DNA from: Gammaproteobacteria bacterium
GTDB taxonomy: Bacteria; Pseudomonadota; Gammaproteobacteria; CAJXQU01
DNA: 64,000 bases
Direction: 5' to 3'
NCBI GenBank assembly: GCA_965223825.1
Contig: OZ245018.1
Location: 1,453,561-1,517,560, forward strand
The stretch's first letter is position 1; each line of letters starts with the position of its first letter. Positions 39,360 through 50,097 of this stretch are shown in pieces. A program made the translations under genes and the position numbers. The notes under the pieces are model-generated. The model saw nothing but the letters and a program-made list of their open reading frames with translations. It was not told the DNA's origin and ran no database searches.

Positions 39360-40682
39360 TCAGACCGGTAATGTTACCTGAATAAGCGTACCTTTACCTA
39401 CTTCTGAGTGTAGCTGAAAAGTACCGTTCAATGCCTCGACACGTTCACGCATGCCGGGCAGGCCGAGTCCCGGTGGCAGAACGGTGCTGGTAAAACCTCT
39501 ACCATTATCCTGAATGGAGAGTTGTACGACGGTATTGTCCGAGCGCTCAAAACGGATGTACACATCACTTGCTTCAGCGTGTTTTGCAACATTGGTCAGA
39601 CATTCTTGGACAAGACGATAAATGGTGATTGCAATATCACGATCAAGATCCGAGAGCTCAAGATCATGCGTGGTTTCGAAATGGCAAAATGTATTTTCAT
39701 GGTGTGTATTCCACTCATCAATAATGTCATTCAGTGCGGGAAGCAAACCTAGTTCATCTAAAACGACCGGATGTAAACGTCGCATCATGCCTCTGACTAC
39801 GCTGTAAATCCGGCTGGATATCTCTGCGATTGTTGATGCATTTTGCCGAGTTTTCTCATCCAGATCTCGTTGACTGATCGACACGGCGAGTGCTTTGATG
39901 GCGGTGATCGATTGGCCCATTTCATCGTGTAATTCACGCGCTAAAAAGCGGCGCTCTTCTTCCTGAATGGATTGTGTTTTTTGAGTGAGTTGACGATTTT
40001 GTTTACGACTATTCTCTAGAACTCCTGCCATGTGATTGAATTTATGGGTGATCATATCGAGTTCAGGTAGTTTCACTGAAGGTAATCGGGATTGATAATC
40101 ACCTTGTTGAATATCATCCAACCCTTTCAAAATCGCTTTGATCGGTTTTAGTGATTGACCAATGATCACAAACACCAGCACATTCGCGATCACGAAAAAT
40201 ATCACCAGCAAGCCTAAGAGAGAAAGCGCTTCTTCCCATGCTTCAGAGATTTCATCCGCCGGATCGGGGCGAATGACTAACTCACTCGATGGCATGCCCG
40301 GTACCAGTACCGATCGCCTCAGCACCATTGAGGTTGGCTCGACCATTTTTACAAACCAATTTGGTGCGTCTGGTGAGTTTCGCAACGGCCGATCAGCGGA
40401 CACGAAGTTGATATTTTCGCCATGTACGATATCGATATGTAAATGCCGTGCTTTCCCGAACTCTCTGATCTCGTCCATCAACGCCGATTGTCTCAGCACT
40501 GGGTTCTCAGCGGGCGTTTGAAGAAAGGCTAATTCGAGTAACTGTAGCGTGAGTTTTGCCGTTGACGCCGTTTCTTCCGACAAAGCTTTGCGCGCATTAT
40601 GAATGACCAGTGCCGCGCCGATAAATAAGATTGCAAAAAACACCATGGTGATCAGTAAATTCAATCGAAAACGAAGACTCAT
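39360..40682 (-). CDS. HisKA_3 sensor histidine kinase with periplasmic and HAMP domains (MoxY/MxcQ-like)
   Basis: Two TM helices, HAMP, QEEERRFLARELHDEMGQ, QECLTNVAKHA, QDNGRGF, GLGLPGMRERV. The MoxY-like assignment is from N-terminal resemblance only. Confidence 0.85.
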   Translation of the reverse strand: MSLRFRLNLLITMVFFAILFIGAALVIHNARKALSEETASTAKLTLQLLELAFLQTPAENPVLRQSALMDEIREFGKARHLHIDIVHGENINFVSADRPLRNSPDAPNWFVKMVEPTSMVLRRSVLVPGMPSSELVIRPDPADEISEAWEEALSLLGLLVIFFVIANVLVFVIIGQSLKPIKAILKGLDDIQQGDYQSRLPSVKLPELDMITHKFNHMAGVLENSRKQNRQLTQKTQSIQEEERRFLARELHDEMGQSITAIKALAVSISQRDLDEKTRQNASTIAEISSRIYSVVRGMMRRLHPVVLDELGLLPALNDIIDEWNTHHENTFCHFETTHDLELSDLDRDIAITIYRLVQECLTNVAKHAEASDVYIRFERSDNTVVQLSIQDNGRGFTSTVLPPGLGLPGMRERVEALNGTFQLHSEVGKGTLIQVTLPV

Positions 40683-40783
40683 GGAAAGGACTCCTTGAAA
40701 GTAAAACTCGGCTTGTTAATATTTAATAAATATTTTAAATAGCTATGCTAAATATCTGAAAATGAAATAGTATCATTTGGACT

Positions 40784-41161
40784 ATGAGAAAATTTCCTGC
40801 CTTAGCATTATTTCTTTTCTACACCATGCAATTGGTAGGTTGTGCGGGTTCGTTACCGACGAACGTTTTTTCTCTCGCGAGCATACTCGTGACTGGCAAG
40901 GGTATTAGTGATCATGCGCTCTCGATGACCACAGGGCAGGATTGCGCGGTCTTCAACTTACTACAAGAGGCGACGATTTGTGAGGGCCTTTACTATGCGC
41001 CAATCTCGTTGCTTGTGACGTCTGAGCAAGTTCAAGATACGTTTCTCATCCTGACCCCCGAGCAATTCCTCGCTTATGAAATTTCCGAACAGCAACAGCA
41101 GTCTCGTTTTATCTCGTTAGTCAGTTTGTCAGAAAAAGATTTGGATCGTAAACCGAATTGA
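40784..41161 (+). CDS. Hypothetical lipoprotein
   Basis: Lipobox LVG-C, motif TGKGISDHALS..TGQDCA....C. Confidence 0.65.
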   Translation: MRKFPALALFLFYTMQLVGCAGSLPTNVFSLASILVTGKGISDHALSMTTGQDCAVFNLLQEATICEGLYYAPISLLVTSEQVQDTFLILTPEQFLAYEISEQQQQSRFISLVSLSEKDLDRKPN

Positions 41162-41195
41162 GCTTTTTTCCTTCAAAGATACACACCAAAACCGA

Positions 41196-41221
41196 AGATC
41201 ATTACGATAGATCATTACGAT
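41196..41221. repeat. Perfect 13-bp tandem direct repeat (2 copies)
   Basis: AGATCATTACGAT at 41196-41208 and 41209-41221. Confidence 0.9.
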
Positions 41222-41410
41222 CGTGCTAATTACTAAATACGGCGCTCATGCCACGATATATTTACGGCTATCATCGACGATGTGATTGGGTGAACAATCC
41301 AGTGCTTGCCGCAATTACGTCATATAAATCTGTAAACAATACTTGACTTCAATTCCGTTTCAGGCGAAAAGAATGCTGTATCGCAGCATTATTGAGAGGG
41401 AACCTAAGGC

Positions 41411-44059
41411 GTGCCACGAACAGGGTCAAAGCAAACACTTTTTTCACGGTTGCAAGCGTTATTTATTCTGGCGTTAATCTTACTGATTAATCTCGGCGTT
41501 TGGGCTTGGTTGAATAAGGCGAACCAATCGCCGTCTTGGGACGGCACGATTATGGGCCTGTCTTTCAATCCATATCACTCAGAAGATCATCCTGATCAGG
41601 GCATTCATCCTTCCACAGAAGATATTCAAGAAGATTTGGCGCGGTTAAAAGGAACTGCTCACGCCGTGCGAACATATAGCGTGATGAATGGCTTGGAAAA
41701 AATCCCCGCGCTAGCTGATGAAGTGGGATTGAACGTCAGCATCGGCGCTTGGATCAGTACCGTTAATAAAACCAATGAGCAAGAATTACAGAATCTGGTC
41801 AAGCTGAGTAATAGCAAATCCAACAATATAGTCCGGGTGCTGGTGGGTAATGAAGCCATTCTTCGTGCGGATGTTAGCGTCGATGAAATGATCGGTTTGA
41901 TTAAACGCGTTAAGAAATCCGTCTGGCGTCCTGTCAGTACGGCAGAACCGTGGCATGTTTGGCTGGAAAATCCCGAATTGGTCGATGCGGTGGATTTTAT
42001 CGGTGTGCATATTCTGCCGTATTGGGAAGGCATTCCAGTCGATAAGGCGGTGGATTATGTACTGATGCGCTATCGTGAATTACGTACCACTTATCCAAAT
42101 AAGCAGGTTGTGATCATGGAAGTTGGCTGGCCCAGTGATGGCGCGTCACGACAAGGAGCGAAACCGTCCTTAGCTAATCAAGCCGCTTTCTTGCGTGGTT
42201 TCTTAAATGTTGCGCGTGCCGAGGAGATGACTTACTACATTGTCGAAGCCTTTGATCAGCCGTGGAAACGACAAATTGAAGGAACTGTCGGTGCCTATTG
42301 GGGGATTTACGATGCCGAGCGAAATCCCAAATTTCCTATGCAAGGCGATGTCGATAATTTACCAGACTGGCAGCATTGGGCTGTGCTTGCGATAATTTTA
42401 GCCTTATTTCCAGCGTTATTGTTTTTAGATTTTCGCCGCAAAGTTAAGTTACCGGGCAAGTTGTTTTTTTTGAGTGTGGTAAACATTGCGGCTTTTGCTG
42501 TCGCTTGGACGATCTCTGTCGGGCTGAATCAATATCAGAGCACGTTGACAGCAACCGTTTGGGTAATCTTGATTTTGTTGCAAAGCTTCGCCTTGTTGAT
42601 CTTCATGATGGAAGCGCTCGATGTCAGTGAAATTCTCTGGCAAGGCAAAGATAAGCGAGATTTCACGCCGATCAACCCACTCCCGTTTTATAAATTACCG
42701 AAAGTATCGATCCACGTGCCGATTCATAATGAGCCGCCAGAAATGGTAAAGCTAACGCTAAACGCACTAAAAAAATTGGATTACCCCAACTACGAAGTAC
42801 TCGTGATCGATAACAATACAGAGGCAGATGCAACTTGGAAGCCTGTCCAAGAACATTGCAAATTGCTTGGTGAGGCGTTTCGTTTTTTCCACTTGTTTAA
42901 CTGGCGTGGTTATAAAGCAGGGGCGTTGAATTATGCGCTGGGCCAAACTGCTGAAGATGCTGAAATCATCGCCGTGATTGACAGCGATTATCGTGTAGAA
43001 CCGGATTGGCTAAAACGCATGGTGCCGCATTTTATGTCGAGCAAAGTCGGTTTCGTGCAAGCACCTCAAGATTACCGTGATGGTGATGAAAGCATTTTCA
43101 AATCAATGTGTTATTGGGAGTACGCCGGTTTTTTCTACATCGGTATGGTACAACGCAATGCCGCCAATGCGATCATCCAGCACGGCACGATGACCCTGAT
43201 CAGAAAATCCGCTTTGATCGACGCTGGCCTCTGGGGGGAGTGGTGTATTTGTGAAGATGCCGATCTCGGCTTGCGTCTCTATGAAAAAGGCTATGACTCC
43301 GTCTATGTCAATCACTCATTTGGCCAAGGTGTTATGCCGGATACGTTGTCTGCATATAAATCTCAGCGTTATCGTTGGGTCTATGGTGCGATGCAGATTA
43401 TGAAACAACATTGGCGTGAATTGTTATTCAATCGCGCACAAAAATTAACGACAGCACAACGTTATTATTTCACCAGTGGGTGGCTGCCGTGGATCGCAGA
43501 CGGACTTTCGCTCGTGCTGATCGCCGCGAGCATGATGTTATCGATCAATGCATTGCTGAAACCGGCGCAAGCAGAGTTTCCCGTTACGGCATTATTGCTA
43601 CCTGTGATCGGATTATTTTTATTTAAACTGATCCGTGCGATCTGGCTCTACAGCGTGAAAGTAAAATGTTCATTTAGCCAAACGATCGGATCAGCACTGG
43701 CAGGATTGAGCCTCAGTTATACTGTTGGACGGGCTGTTTGGGCGGGACTATTTACGTCCTCCATGCCGTTTATTCGCACACCAAAAATGGTCAAGGGGCG
43801 TTTGTTTAGCTCGGCATTTTCAATGATAAAAGATGAACTTTTCATTTTCCTCACACTCCTTGTAACAGCCTCGTTGATTATGCGTAATGAGGAAATTAGT
43901 GATCCGAATGCGCGTTTGTGGGCGATTATTCTAGTGGTACAATCGCTGCCATGTCTGGCGGCGGTTATAACCGCTCTGATCAATGTCCTCTCAAACTGGC
44001 AACTGTCGAAACAAAAAGAAAACTCATCGCCGACAGCGATTCAAATTTTGGAGAAATAA
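41411..44059 (+). CDS. ndvB: GH17 + GT2 fusion, NdvB-like periplasmic (cyclic) beta-glucan synthase
   Basis: GH17 domain (VRTYS, VGNEAILR acid/base, IMEVGWPS nucleophile, EAFDQPWK), TM helices, GT2 domain (GYKAGALN, VIDSDY, QAPQDY, ICEDADLGLR, QRYRW). Confidence 0.85.
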   Translation: MPRTGSKQTLFSRLQALFILALILLINLGVWAWLNKANQSPSWDGTIMGLSFNPYHSEDHPDQGIHPSTEDIQEDLARLKGTAHAVRTYSVMNGLEKIPALADEVGLNVSIGAWISTVNKTNEQELQNLVKLSNSKSNNIVRVLVGNEAILRADVSVDEMIGLIKRVKKSVWRPVSTAEPWHVWLENPELVDAVDFIGVHILPYWEGIPVDKAVDYVLMRYRELRTTYPNKQVVIMEVGWPSDGASRQGAKPSLANQAAFLRGFLNVARAEEMTYYIVEAFDQPWKRQIEGTVGAYWGIYDAERNPKFPMQGDVDNLPDWQHWAVLAIILALFPALLFLDFRRKVKLPGKLFFLSVVNIAAFAVAWTISVGLNQYQSTLTATVWVILILLQSFALLIFMMEALDVSEILWQGKDKRDFTPINPLPFYKLPKVSIHVPIHNEPPEMVKLTLNALKKLDYPNYEVLVIDNNTEADATWKPVQEHCKLLGEAFRFFHLFNWRGYKAGALNYALGQTAEDAEIIAVIDSDYRVEPDWLKRMVPHFMSSKVGFVQAPQDYRDGDESIFKSMCYWEYAGFFYIGMVQRNAANAIIQHGTMTLIRKSALIDAGLWGEWCICEDADLGLRLYEKGYDSVYVNHSFGQGVMPDTLSAYKSQRYRWVYGAMQIMKQHWRELLFNRAQKLTTAQRYYFTSGWLPWIADGLSLVLIAASMMLSINALLKPAQAEFPVTALLLPVIGLFLFKLIRAIWLYSVKVKCSFSQTIGSALAGLSLSYTVGRAVWAGLFTSSMPFIRTPKMVKGRLFSSAFSMIKDELFIFLTLLVTASLIMRNEEISDPNARLWAIILVVQSLPCLAAVITALINVLSNWQLSKQKENSSPTAIQILEK

Positions 44060-44131
44060 TGCGTATTTCACTTTTATTTTTATTTTTTGATAAAAAAGCA
44101 AATAAATTGAGCTGAAAACGTTAAAAGAACA

Positions 44132-44641
44132 ATGAAAATACTATCAGACAACGCAAGAACTTGGTTCTTACTCATGTTTCTTGGCTGCGCAGGGTTAATG
44201 GGATTTGGTTTTTATCTGCAATACGTTAAAGGGTTGGATCCGTGTGTTTTGTGTATGGTTCAGCGTCTCTTTTTTGTATTAACTGGTACAGTGGCGTTGC
44301 TGGCCTTTTTGCACAACCCAGCACGGGTAGGCGTGCGCGTGTACGCATTTTTCACGGGATTGTTTGCGCTACTCGGCGCAGGCATAGCGGGTCGTCAAAT
44401 CTGGCTGCAACACCTGCCACCGGATAAAGTCCCGGAGTGCGGTCCGGATCTCTTTTTTATGCTTGAAGTTTATCCGCTCACAGAAGCATTGATGACTGCG
44501 CTCAAAGGCACTGGCGATTGCGCAAAAGTGGCGTGGCGTTTTATTGGCCTGTCTATTCCAGAATGGGCGATACTAATTTTTAGCGGTATGGTGATTGTGT
44601 CACTTATTTTGCTGATCAAGCCGGGTCAACGAACGGCATAA
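44132..44641 (+). CDS. dsbB: Disulfide bond formation protein DsbB
   Basis: [11 protein letters not shown] (CxxC-QR), second Cys pair VPECGP...GTGDCA, GLSIPEW. Confidence 0.95.
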   Translation: MKILSDNARTWFLLMFLGCAGLMGFGFYLQYVKGLDPCVLCMVQRLFFVLTGTVALLAFLHNPARVGVRVYAFFTGLFALLGAGIAGRQIWLQHLPPDKVPECGPDLFFMLEVYPLTEALMTALKGTGDCAKVAWRFIGLSIPEWAILIFSGMVIVSLILLIKPGQRTA

Positions 44642-47000
44642 CGAAAACTCGAACCGTTTCTGGCGGCAAGCAGGTCGTGTTGTTACAGGCCTGCATGTCC
44701 AACGCCAGTTCTAACGGACCTTCAATGCGCTGATCTATCCTTGCATGGATTACAACCTCGTTTTCATACAAAGCTAACGGTTGCGACTCAAAATCAAGCT
44801 GCTTGTTTTGCGCTGTGGGATAGGTGATCTGACTAGCGGTGCTTTCCTTAATCGTTAAGAGCCGGATCTGCGTCCCGATCAGTTCCGGGTGATTCGGATT
44901 ATGCGCATTAATATGCCAACCGTCTCGTATGGAAATCGTCAGGCTTATTTGCGTCTGATCGGCACTTTCTTCGCGAGATGAAACAACCCGGATCGCACCG
45001 CGCGCCAGGTAATTGGTCGAATCCGTTTCACCATGATTGATCTCATCAAGTTGTGCGAGCATGTAAGCATATGAACCAGGATATTGATTAATTTCACCCG
45101 CAAATGCGCTGATCACTTGATTCGCAAGTTCAGCATATTTATGTTCGCCGGATCGTCGCCATAGTCGGCCTAAAGCACGAACGGCAACCGCATTGCTAGA
45201 TGGTGTTGCGCCGTCATGGTTGCTGCTGGAATTAGAAAATAACAAACTATCGCGGCTTAACAAAAAGCGACCACTTGCTGCATCAAGAAATAAATTTATC
45301 ATTACGTCGGTGATCGATTTTGCACGATCCAACCAAAGCGGATCGGAGGTTTGATCGTAGAGTGACAACAAGGCTTCGGCGTAATGGGCGTAGTCATCTT
45401 GTTTGGCAGTAATCGAGGCTTTTTGATCGAGATTGACACGGATTAATTCGCCTTCTGACGTGCGTTGTTTTTGCCAGATTAATTCTGCAGCGTTGATAGC
45501 AGCAGTTAAATAGCGTGGTTCGTTGAGTGCGGTTGCGGCTTCAGCCAAGGCGGTGATCATCATGCCGTTCCAACTGACGATGATTTTGTCGTCGGTAAGT
45601 GGCGGGATTCGTTTTGAGCGTGTTTCCCACAAGCACTTATGGATGCGATCAAGCGTTGTGATCAGATCCTTTACGCTTTCCCCACGTTTCTTAGCAAGAT
45701 CATCTAATGGTCGTGGCAAGGCAAATATTGTTTTCCCTTCAAAATTTCCAGAAGGGCTGACATCGTAAAATTGTTTAATCCAGTCGGCATCCGTCGGATC
45801 AAGAGCAGCGTCGATCTGCTCAGGTGTCCAGACAAAAAATAATCCTTCTTCACCCTCACTATCAGCATCAGTCGCAGAGTAAAAACCACCATCATCACGG
45901 GTCATTTCACGCAGGACATAATCAAGGATCTGACGACCTGTACGGGCATACAATGAGTTTTGATATTGACGGCTTGCCTGAATATAAATGCGCGCAAGAT
46001 ATGCTTGGTTATAGAGCATCTTTTCAAAATGCGGGACAAGCCATTTGTCGTCCGTTGCATAGCGATGAAATCCTCCGCCAATCTGATCATACACACCTCC
46101 ACTAGCCATAACGGTCAACGTATGGTTTAAGGCAGAATGTAGCGGTTGGTTTTTCTGATCTCGTAAACCCATTTGTAAGAGCAAGGTTAAACTGGGTTCG
46201 CTCGGAAATTTCGGTGCAGTACCGAAACCGCCGTAGGTTTCGTCGTAGCGACTAAGGAGATCATCTGCGGCGCTGGCGGCTGCATGCGTGGCGATCTGGC
46301 TGACTTGATCTTTTGCTTGACCCGACTCAATGACTGCATTGCTAAGTTGAGTTGCTTGCGCGACGATTTTATCGTTCTCAGTACGCCAGAGTTCTTCGAT
46401 TCGTGTGAGTAATTCCGCAAAGCTCGATGGTTGAAAATAGGTGCCGGCAAAGAACGGCCGCCCGTCTGGTAATAAGAAAGATGACATCGGCCATCCTCCT
46501 TGTCCCGTCATTAGCATAACGGCGGTCATGTAAGTTTCATCAATGTCAGGATGTTGTTCGCGATCCACTTTGATAGAAATAAAATGCTGGTTGAGGATCG
46601 CGGCAATTTGTTCGTTCTCAAAACTTTCTTCTTCCATAACATGACACCAATGACAGGTGGCATAGCCGATGGATAAGAAAATGGGTTTATTGCTCTGTTT
46701 CGCTGCGGCGAACGCTTCTTTTCCCCAAGCGTACCAGTTCACTGGATTGTGGGCATGTTGCAATAAGTAAGGTGAGTCTTCGCGGATCAGACGGTTAATA
46801 TACTTCGGTAATTGCTCAATTTTATGACGCGTACGTGGTGAGTAATCCGCTCCTTTTGCGGCAAATTCGAGTTCTAGTTGTTGGCGTAATTCACTGTCGC
46901 TGAGCATAGTGGTAGCGGCTTCTGGTTGGGATACAAGCAGGCAGTTTAACAAGAACAAACAGCGTAAGAATCGGTGTAATGTTTTAATTTTCAATCTCAT
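44616..47000 (-). CDS. Exported YyaL/SPATA20-like protein (DUF255 thioredoxin + alpha/alpha barrel) with a C-terminal DsbD-N-like domain
   Basis: Signal-like N-terminus, [72 protein letters not shown]-terminal GWHINA...[11 protein letters not shown]. Confidence 0.85.
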   Translation of the reverse strand: MRLKIKTLHRFLRCLFLLNCLLVSQPEAATTMLSDSELRQQLELEFAAKGADYSPRTRHKIEQLPKYINRLIREDSPYLLQHAHNPVNWYAWGKEAFAAAKQSNKPIFLSIGYATCHWCHVMEEESFENEQIAAILNQHFISIKVDREQHPDIDETYMTAVMLMTGQGGWPMSSFLLPDGRPFFAGTYFQPSSFAELLTRIEELWRTENDKIVAQATQLSNAVIESGQAKDQVSQIATHAAASAADDLLSRYDETYGGFGTAPKFPSEPSLTLLLQMGLRDQKNQPLHSALNHTLTVMASGGVYDQIGGGFHRYATDDKWLVPHFEKMLYNQAYLARIYIQASRQYQNSLYARTGRQILDYVLREMTRDDGGFYSATDADSEGEEGLFFVWTPEQIDAALDPTDADWIKQFYDVSPSGNFEGKTIFALPRPLDDLAKKRGESVKDLITTLDRIHKCLWETRSKRIPPLTDDKIIVSWNGMMITALAEAATALNEPRYLTAAINAAELIWQKQRTSEGELIRVNLDQKASITAKQDDYAHYAEALLSLYDQTSDPLWLDRAKSITDVMINLFLDAASGRFLLSRDSLLFSNSSSNHDGATPSSNAVAVRALGRLWRRSGEHKYAELANQVISAFAGEINQYPGSYAYMLAQLDEINHGETDSTNYLARGAIRVVSSREESADQTQISLTISIRDGWHINAHNPNHPELIGTQIRLLTIKESTASQITYPTAQNKQLDFESQPLALYENEVVIHARIDQRIEGPLELALDMQACNNTTCLPPETVRVFVMPFVDPA

Positions 47001-47159
47001 TGTATAAAGCCACCAAAATCAACAACATGGAAATTATCTTCAGTTTGTATTATCTTCTCGCGAACCTGTGTAATGGATCATCAGGACGTATTTATTAACA
47101 TTCGTAGAAATGGGTAAATGCATAACGAATAAATGGAATCTGAGGGGAGATGACATTCT

Positions 47160-48557
47160 ATGAATGAGAATAAAGGCGATTCAACGTCGCTCACACTAAA
47201 TTTACCCAGTTTTATAGCCAGTAAATACCAACTAGATGTTTATTATAAGCATCTCACTAATACCTGCATGGGGAGCATCACTGGCGGGATATTTTTTTGT
47301 TTTATGTTGTGGCCACATTCTGATCACGCATGGTTAACGGTGTGGTTCCTGTCTTTACTTCTTGTCAGTGTTGTTCGTATGACCCTTTCATACTTTTATC
47401 AACGTCGTACTCACATTGAAGACGCCCAGCTGAACAATTGGTTATGGGGTGCCTTGATCATGACCTGCTTTGCAGCGATGTTGTGGGGGATGATCGGCTT
47501 TCATTATTCAGAAAGCCTACCGACTGGTATTCAACAATCTCTCTTGCTGTTATTGATCATCGTGGCGATTTCTTCGATTCCTGCACACGGTGCAATTTTA
47601 CTTTTTTATCTAATCTCAAGTATCGGTATTCTCGCACCAACGGCGTTTATCATGTTGTTCAACATTGGTGGTTATTCAATATTTTACGCGAGCTTATTGG
47701 TCGTGATCTGCGTGTCATTGAATCTGGTTGCGCGCTATTACAACCGAGTAATCACGGAACAGGCAGTAGCTGAGCCGGCATTGCAGATGCGTTATAACAA
47801 TCTAGAAGGCGAGCATGCAGATCTGATTGGTTTGTTTGAAGAGAAGCACCAACAAGAAACGCTGGCGAATGCGATCTACTCACGGATTATTAATACGCAA
47901 GCAGCCCCCATTACCGGTGTGACCAGTCTGATCAAACCGATTGATGAATTCAGTGGTGATTACATTAACTGGTGTGAGGGGCCGGATGGACAACTTTCGC
48001 TGATTATTGCGGACATTACTGGGCATGGAATGCCCGCGGCGATGTGCGTGATCCCATTGGCGTCGACCTTTGGCGCGATGTGTCAAAAAGGTTTTGAACC
48101 TGGGTTTATCTTAAAAGAACTCAATAATAAATTGTCAGAACGATTAGCAACGGAGCAATTTTGTTGTGCTAGCCTTATCGTATTTGATCGAGCTCGAAAA
48201 AATATCGCTGTCTGGAATGGTGGTATGCCGGATATGTTCATACTTAATCAACGTGGCATCGTCAAAGAACGTATTTGCTCAACGCACCTCCCGCTTGGCA
48301 TCAACCACGAAATAGATGATGTGACGTTTAGACACTTTACGCTTGCCGACGGGGATGCTGTATTTGCCTATACCGACGGCATCATTGAAGCGCAAAATAC
48401 GGAGCGACAAATCTTCGGGCTAGAACGATTACTTTTTAGCCTTTCACACAACGCACAAAATGCCAGTTTGATCACGAGCATCATGCAAGAGGTTGAAGCG
48501 CATGTGGGTGGTGCACCACAACATGATGACATCGGCATGTTGCACGTTCGTTTTTAA
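47160..48557 (+). CDS. Membrane-anchored PP2C/SpoIIE-family Ser/Thr phosphatase
   Basis: Multi-TM N-terminus, FSGDY, IADITGHGMPAA, NGGMP, HLPLGI, YTDGIIEA, HDDIGM. Confidence 0.88.
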   Translation: MNENKGDSTSLTLNLPSFIASKYQLDVYYKHLTNTCMGSITGGIFFCFMLWPHSDHAWLTVWFLSLLLVSVVRMTLSYFYQRRTHIEDAQLNNWLWGALIMTCFAAMLWGMIGFHYSESLPTGIQQSLLLLLIIVAISSIPAHGAILLFYLISSIGILAPTAFIMLFNIGGYSIFYASLLVVICVSLNLVARYYNRVITEQAVAEPALQMRYNNLEGEHADLIGLFEEKHQQETLANAIYSRIINTQAAPITGVTSLIKPIDEFSGDYINWCEGPDGQLSLIIADITGHGMPAAMCVIPLASTFGAMCQKGFEPGFILKELNNKLSERLATEQFCCASLIVFDRARKNIAVWNGGMPDMFILNQRGIVKERICSTHLPLGINHEIDDVTFRHFTLADGDAVFAYTDGIIEAQNTERQIFGLERLLFSLSHNAQNASLITSIMQEVEAHVGGAPQHDDIGMLHVRF

Positions 48558-48581
48558 GTGGAAGAATCTAGCTTAAGTGGG

Positions 48582-49043
48582 TTAATCGGATCGTAATTGA
48601 TCAAGAATCTCAACAGGAAGTTTCACCGGGCGTAATCGACTAGCACTCACACAGACAATTTTCACATCGGCAGTGTTGATGAGGTCAATGCATTCATTCT
48701 GATCATTTAAACGATGAATTTTTTGCTGGAAGTGAAATTGTGATCGTTTGATCTGATCAACCTCAGCCGTCACATGCAGTTGGTCGTCATAACGCGCAGC
48801 ATGTACATATTCCAATTGCATTGATCGCACAACAAACATGATGTCGTTATCTTGCATCAGCTCAGATTGCTTAAAGCCCGCTGCACGTAAGTATTCAGTG
48901 CGCGCCCGTTCGTAGTATTTCAAATAGTTACTGTGGTAGACCACACCCATCGTGTCGACATCTTCATGGTAGACACGCACCGTCCAAAAGAAAGGTGCGC
49001 TGCGTTGGGATGTGGTGATGTTGGTTAAATCGAGATCAGACAT
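48582..49043 (-). CDS. ybgC: YbgC-type acyl-CoA thioesterase (hotdog fold)
   Basis: VRVYHEDVDTMGVVYHSNYLKYYERARTEYLR, FVVRSMQLEY..AAR.DD. Start set to ATG 49043, overlapping the epmB stop. Confidence 0.85.
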   Translation of the reverse strand: MSDLDLTNITTSQRSAPFFWTVRVYHEDVDTMGVVYHSNYLKYYERARTEYLRAAGFKQSELMQDNDIMFVVRSMQLEYVHAARYDDQLHVTAEVDQIKRSQFHFQQKIHRLNDQNECIDLINTADVKIVCVSASRLRPVKLPVEILDQLRSD

Positions 49044-50076
49044 GTGTTGATAATTTCTCGTGTAATGGCGTTTTCGATGGTTCTCCGGCAATTTCTTTGA
49101 CTAATTGTGGGACAAGATAACCTGGAAGTTTTGATCGGACTTGCGCCATTAATGTGATCGCTTCACTCGCAGAAACATCAAAATGCGCCGCACCTTGAAC
49201 GGGATCGAGCAGGTGCAAATAATAAGGTTGCACGTTTATCTCAAATAACCGTTCGCTGAGATCAATTAATGCATCGGTGTGATCATTAATCCCGCGTAAT
49301 AAAACCGACTGATTCAGTAATGTCACCTTATTCTCATGCAATGTTAAACAGGCGGCTTCCACTTCTGCGCTCAGTTCATTTACATGGTTAGCGTGAATCA
49401 CCATGACGACTTTTAATGTTGTGTGGTGTAATAAAGCGAGTAATTCCTCTGTGATCCGTGACGGTAAAACCACCGGAAGTCGAGTGTGAATGCGAACTCG
49501 TTTCACATGCTGAATCTGGCTTATCGCCGTAAATAACGCGGTAAGTTTGCGATCATCTAAGGAAAGTGGATCGCCGCCACTGAGGAGAACTTCGTGAATA
49601 CTCTCATCGTTTCGAATGTACTCTAGCGCATCAAACCAAGCGTTCGGTTTCGGGTTGGATTCGTTATAAGGAAAATGTCGGCGGAAGCAATAACGACAAT
49701 GCACTGCGCAAGCACCCGTGGTGACGAGCAGGGCGCGGCCGTGATATTTATGCAGCACACCGGGGACAACTTCTGCGGCTTTGTCCGAAACAGGATCAAG
49801 CTGGTAATTTTCCAGTACAACACGCTCTTTTGACTGCGGCAAAACCTGCAATAGCAGCGGGTCATTCGCATCACCTTTTTTCATGTTGCGAACGAAAGCA
49901 CGCGGTACGCGCAAACGAAAGTCCGGCATAGCGTCGAGCTGATGTGCCAGATCGGATTGTTCAAGCTGTAGCTCGCGAAGTAACTCTAATGGTTGAGTGA
50001 TCGCATTGGCCAGTTCCTTTTTCCAATTTTCTTGCTGAAAAACGGGTTCTGTTCGGGGTATCATAGCGTCCTTCAT
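49036..50076 (-). CDS. epmB: EF-P beta-lysylation protein, lysine 2,3-aminomutase
   Basis: [28 protein letters not shown] (radical SAM), [39 protein letters not shown]; divergent from efp. Start may be MIPR at 50064. Confidence 0.95.
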   Translation of the reverse strand: MKDAMIPRTEPVFQQENWKKELANAITQPLELLRELQLEQSDLAHQLDAMPDFRLRVPRAFVRNMKKGDANDPLLLQVLPQSKERVVLENYQLDPVSDKAAEVVPGVLHKYHGRALLVTTGACAVHCRYCFRRHFPYNESNPKPNAWFDALEYIRNDESIHEVLLSGGDPLSLDDRKLTALFTAISQIQHVKRVRIHTRLPVVLPSRITEELLALLHHTTLKVVMVIHANHVNELSAEVEAACLTLHENKVTLLNQSVLLRGINDHTDALIDLSERLFEINVQPYYLHLLDPVQGAAHFDVSASEAITLMAQVRSKLPGYLVPQLVKEIAGEPSKTPLHEKLSTHV

Positions 50077-50097
50077 TCGCAGAGATTACCAAAAAAC

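Noticed and set aside
49993-50097. N-terminally extended EF-P and overlap of efp with epmB
   Set aside because: An ORF-caller artefact. Canonical EF-P begins at ATG 50098, leaving the usual short divergent gap.
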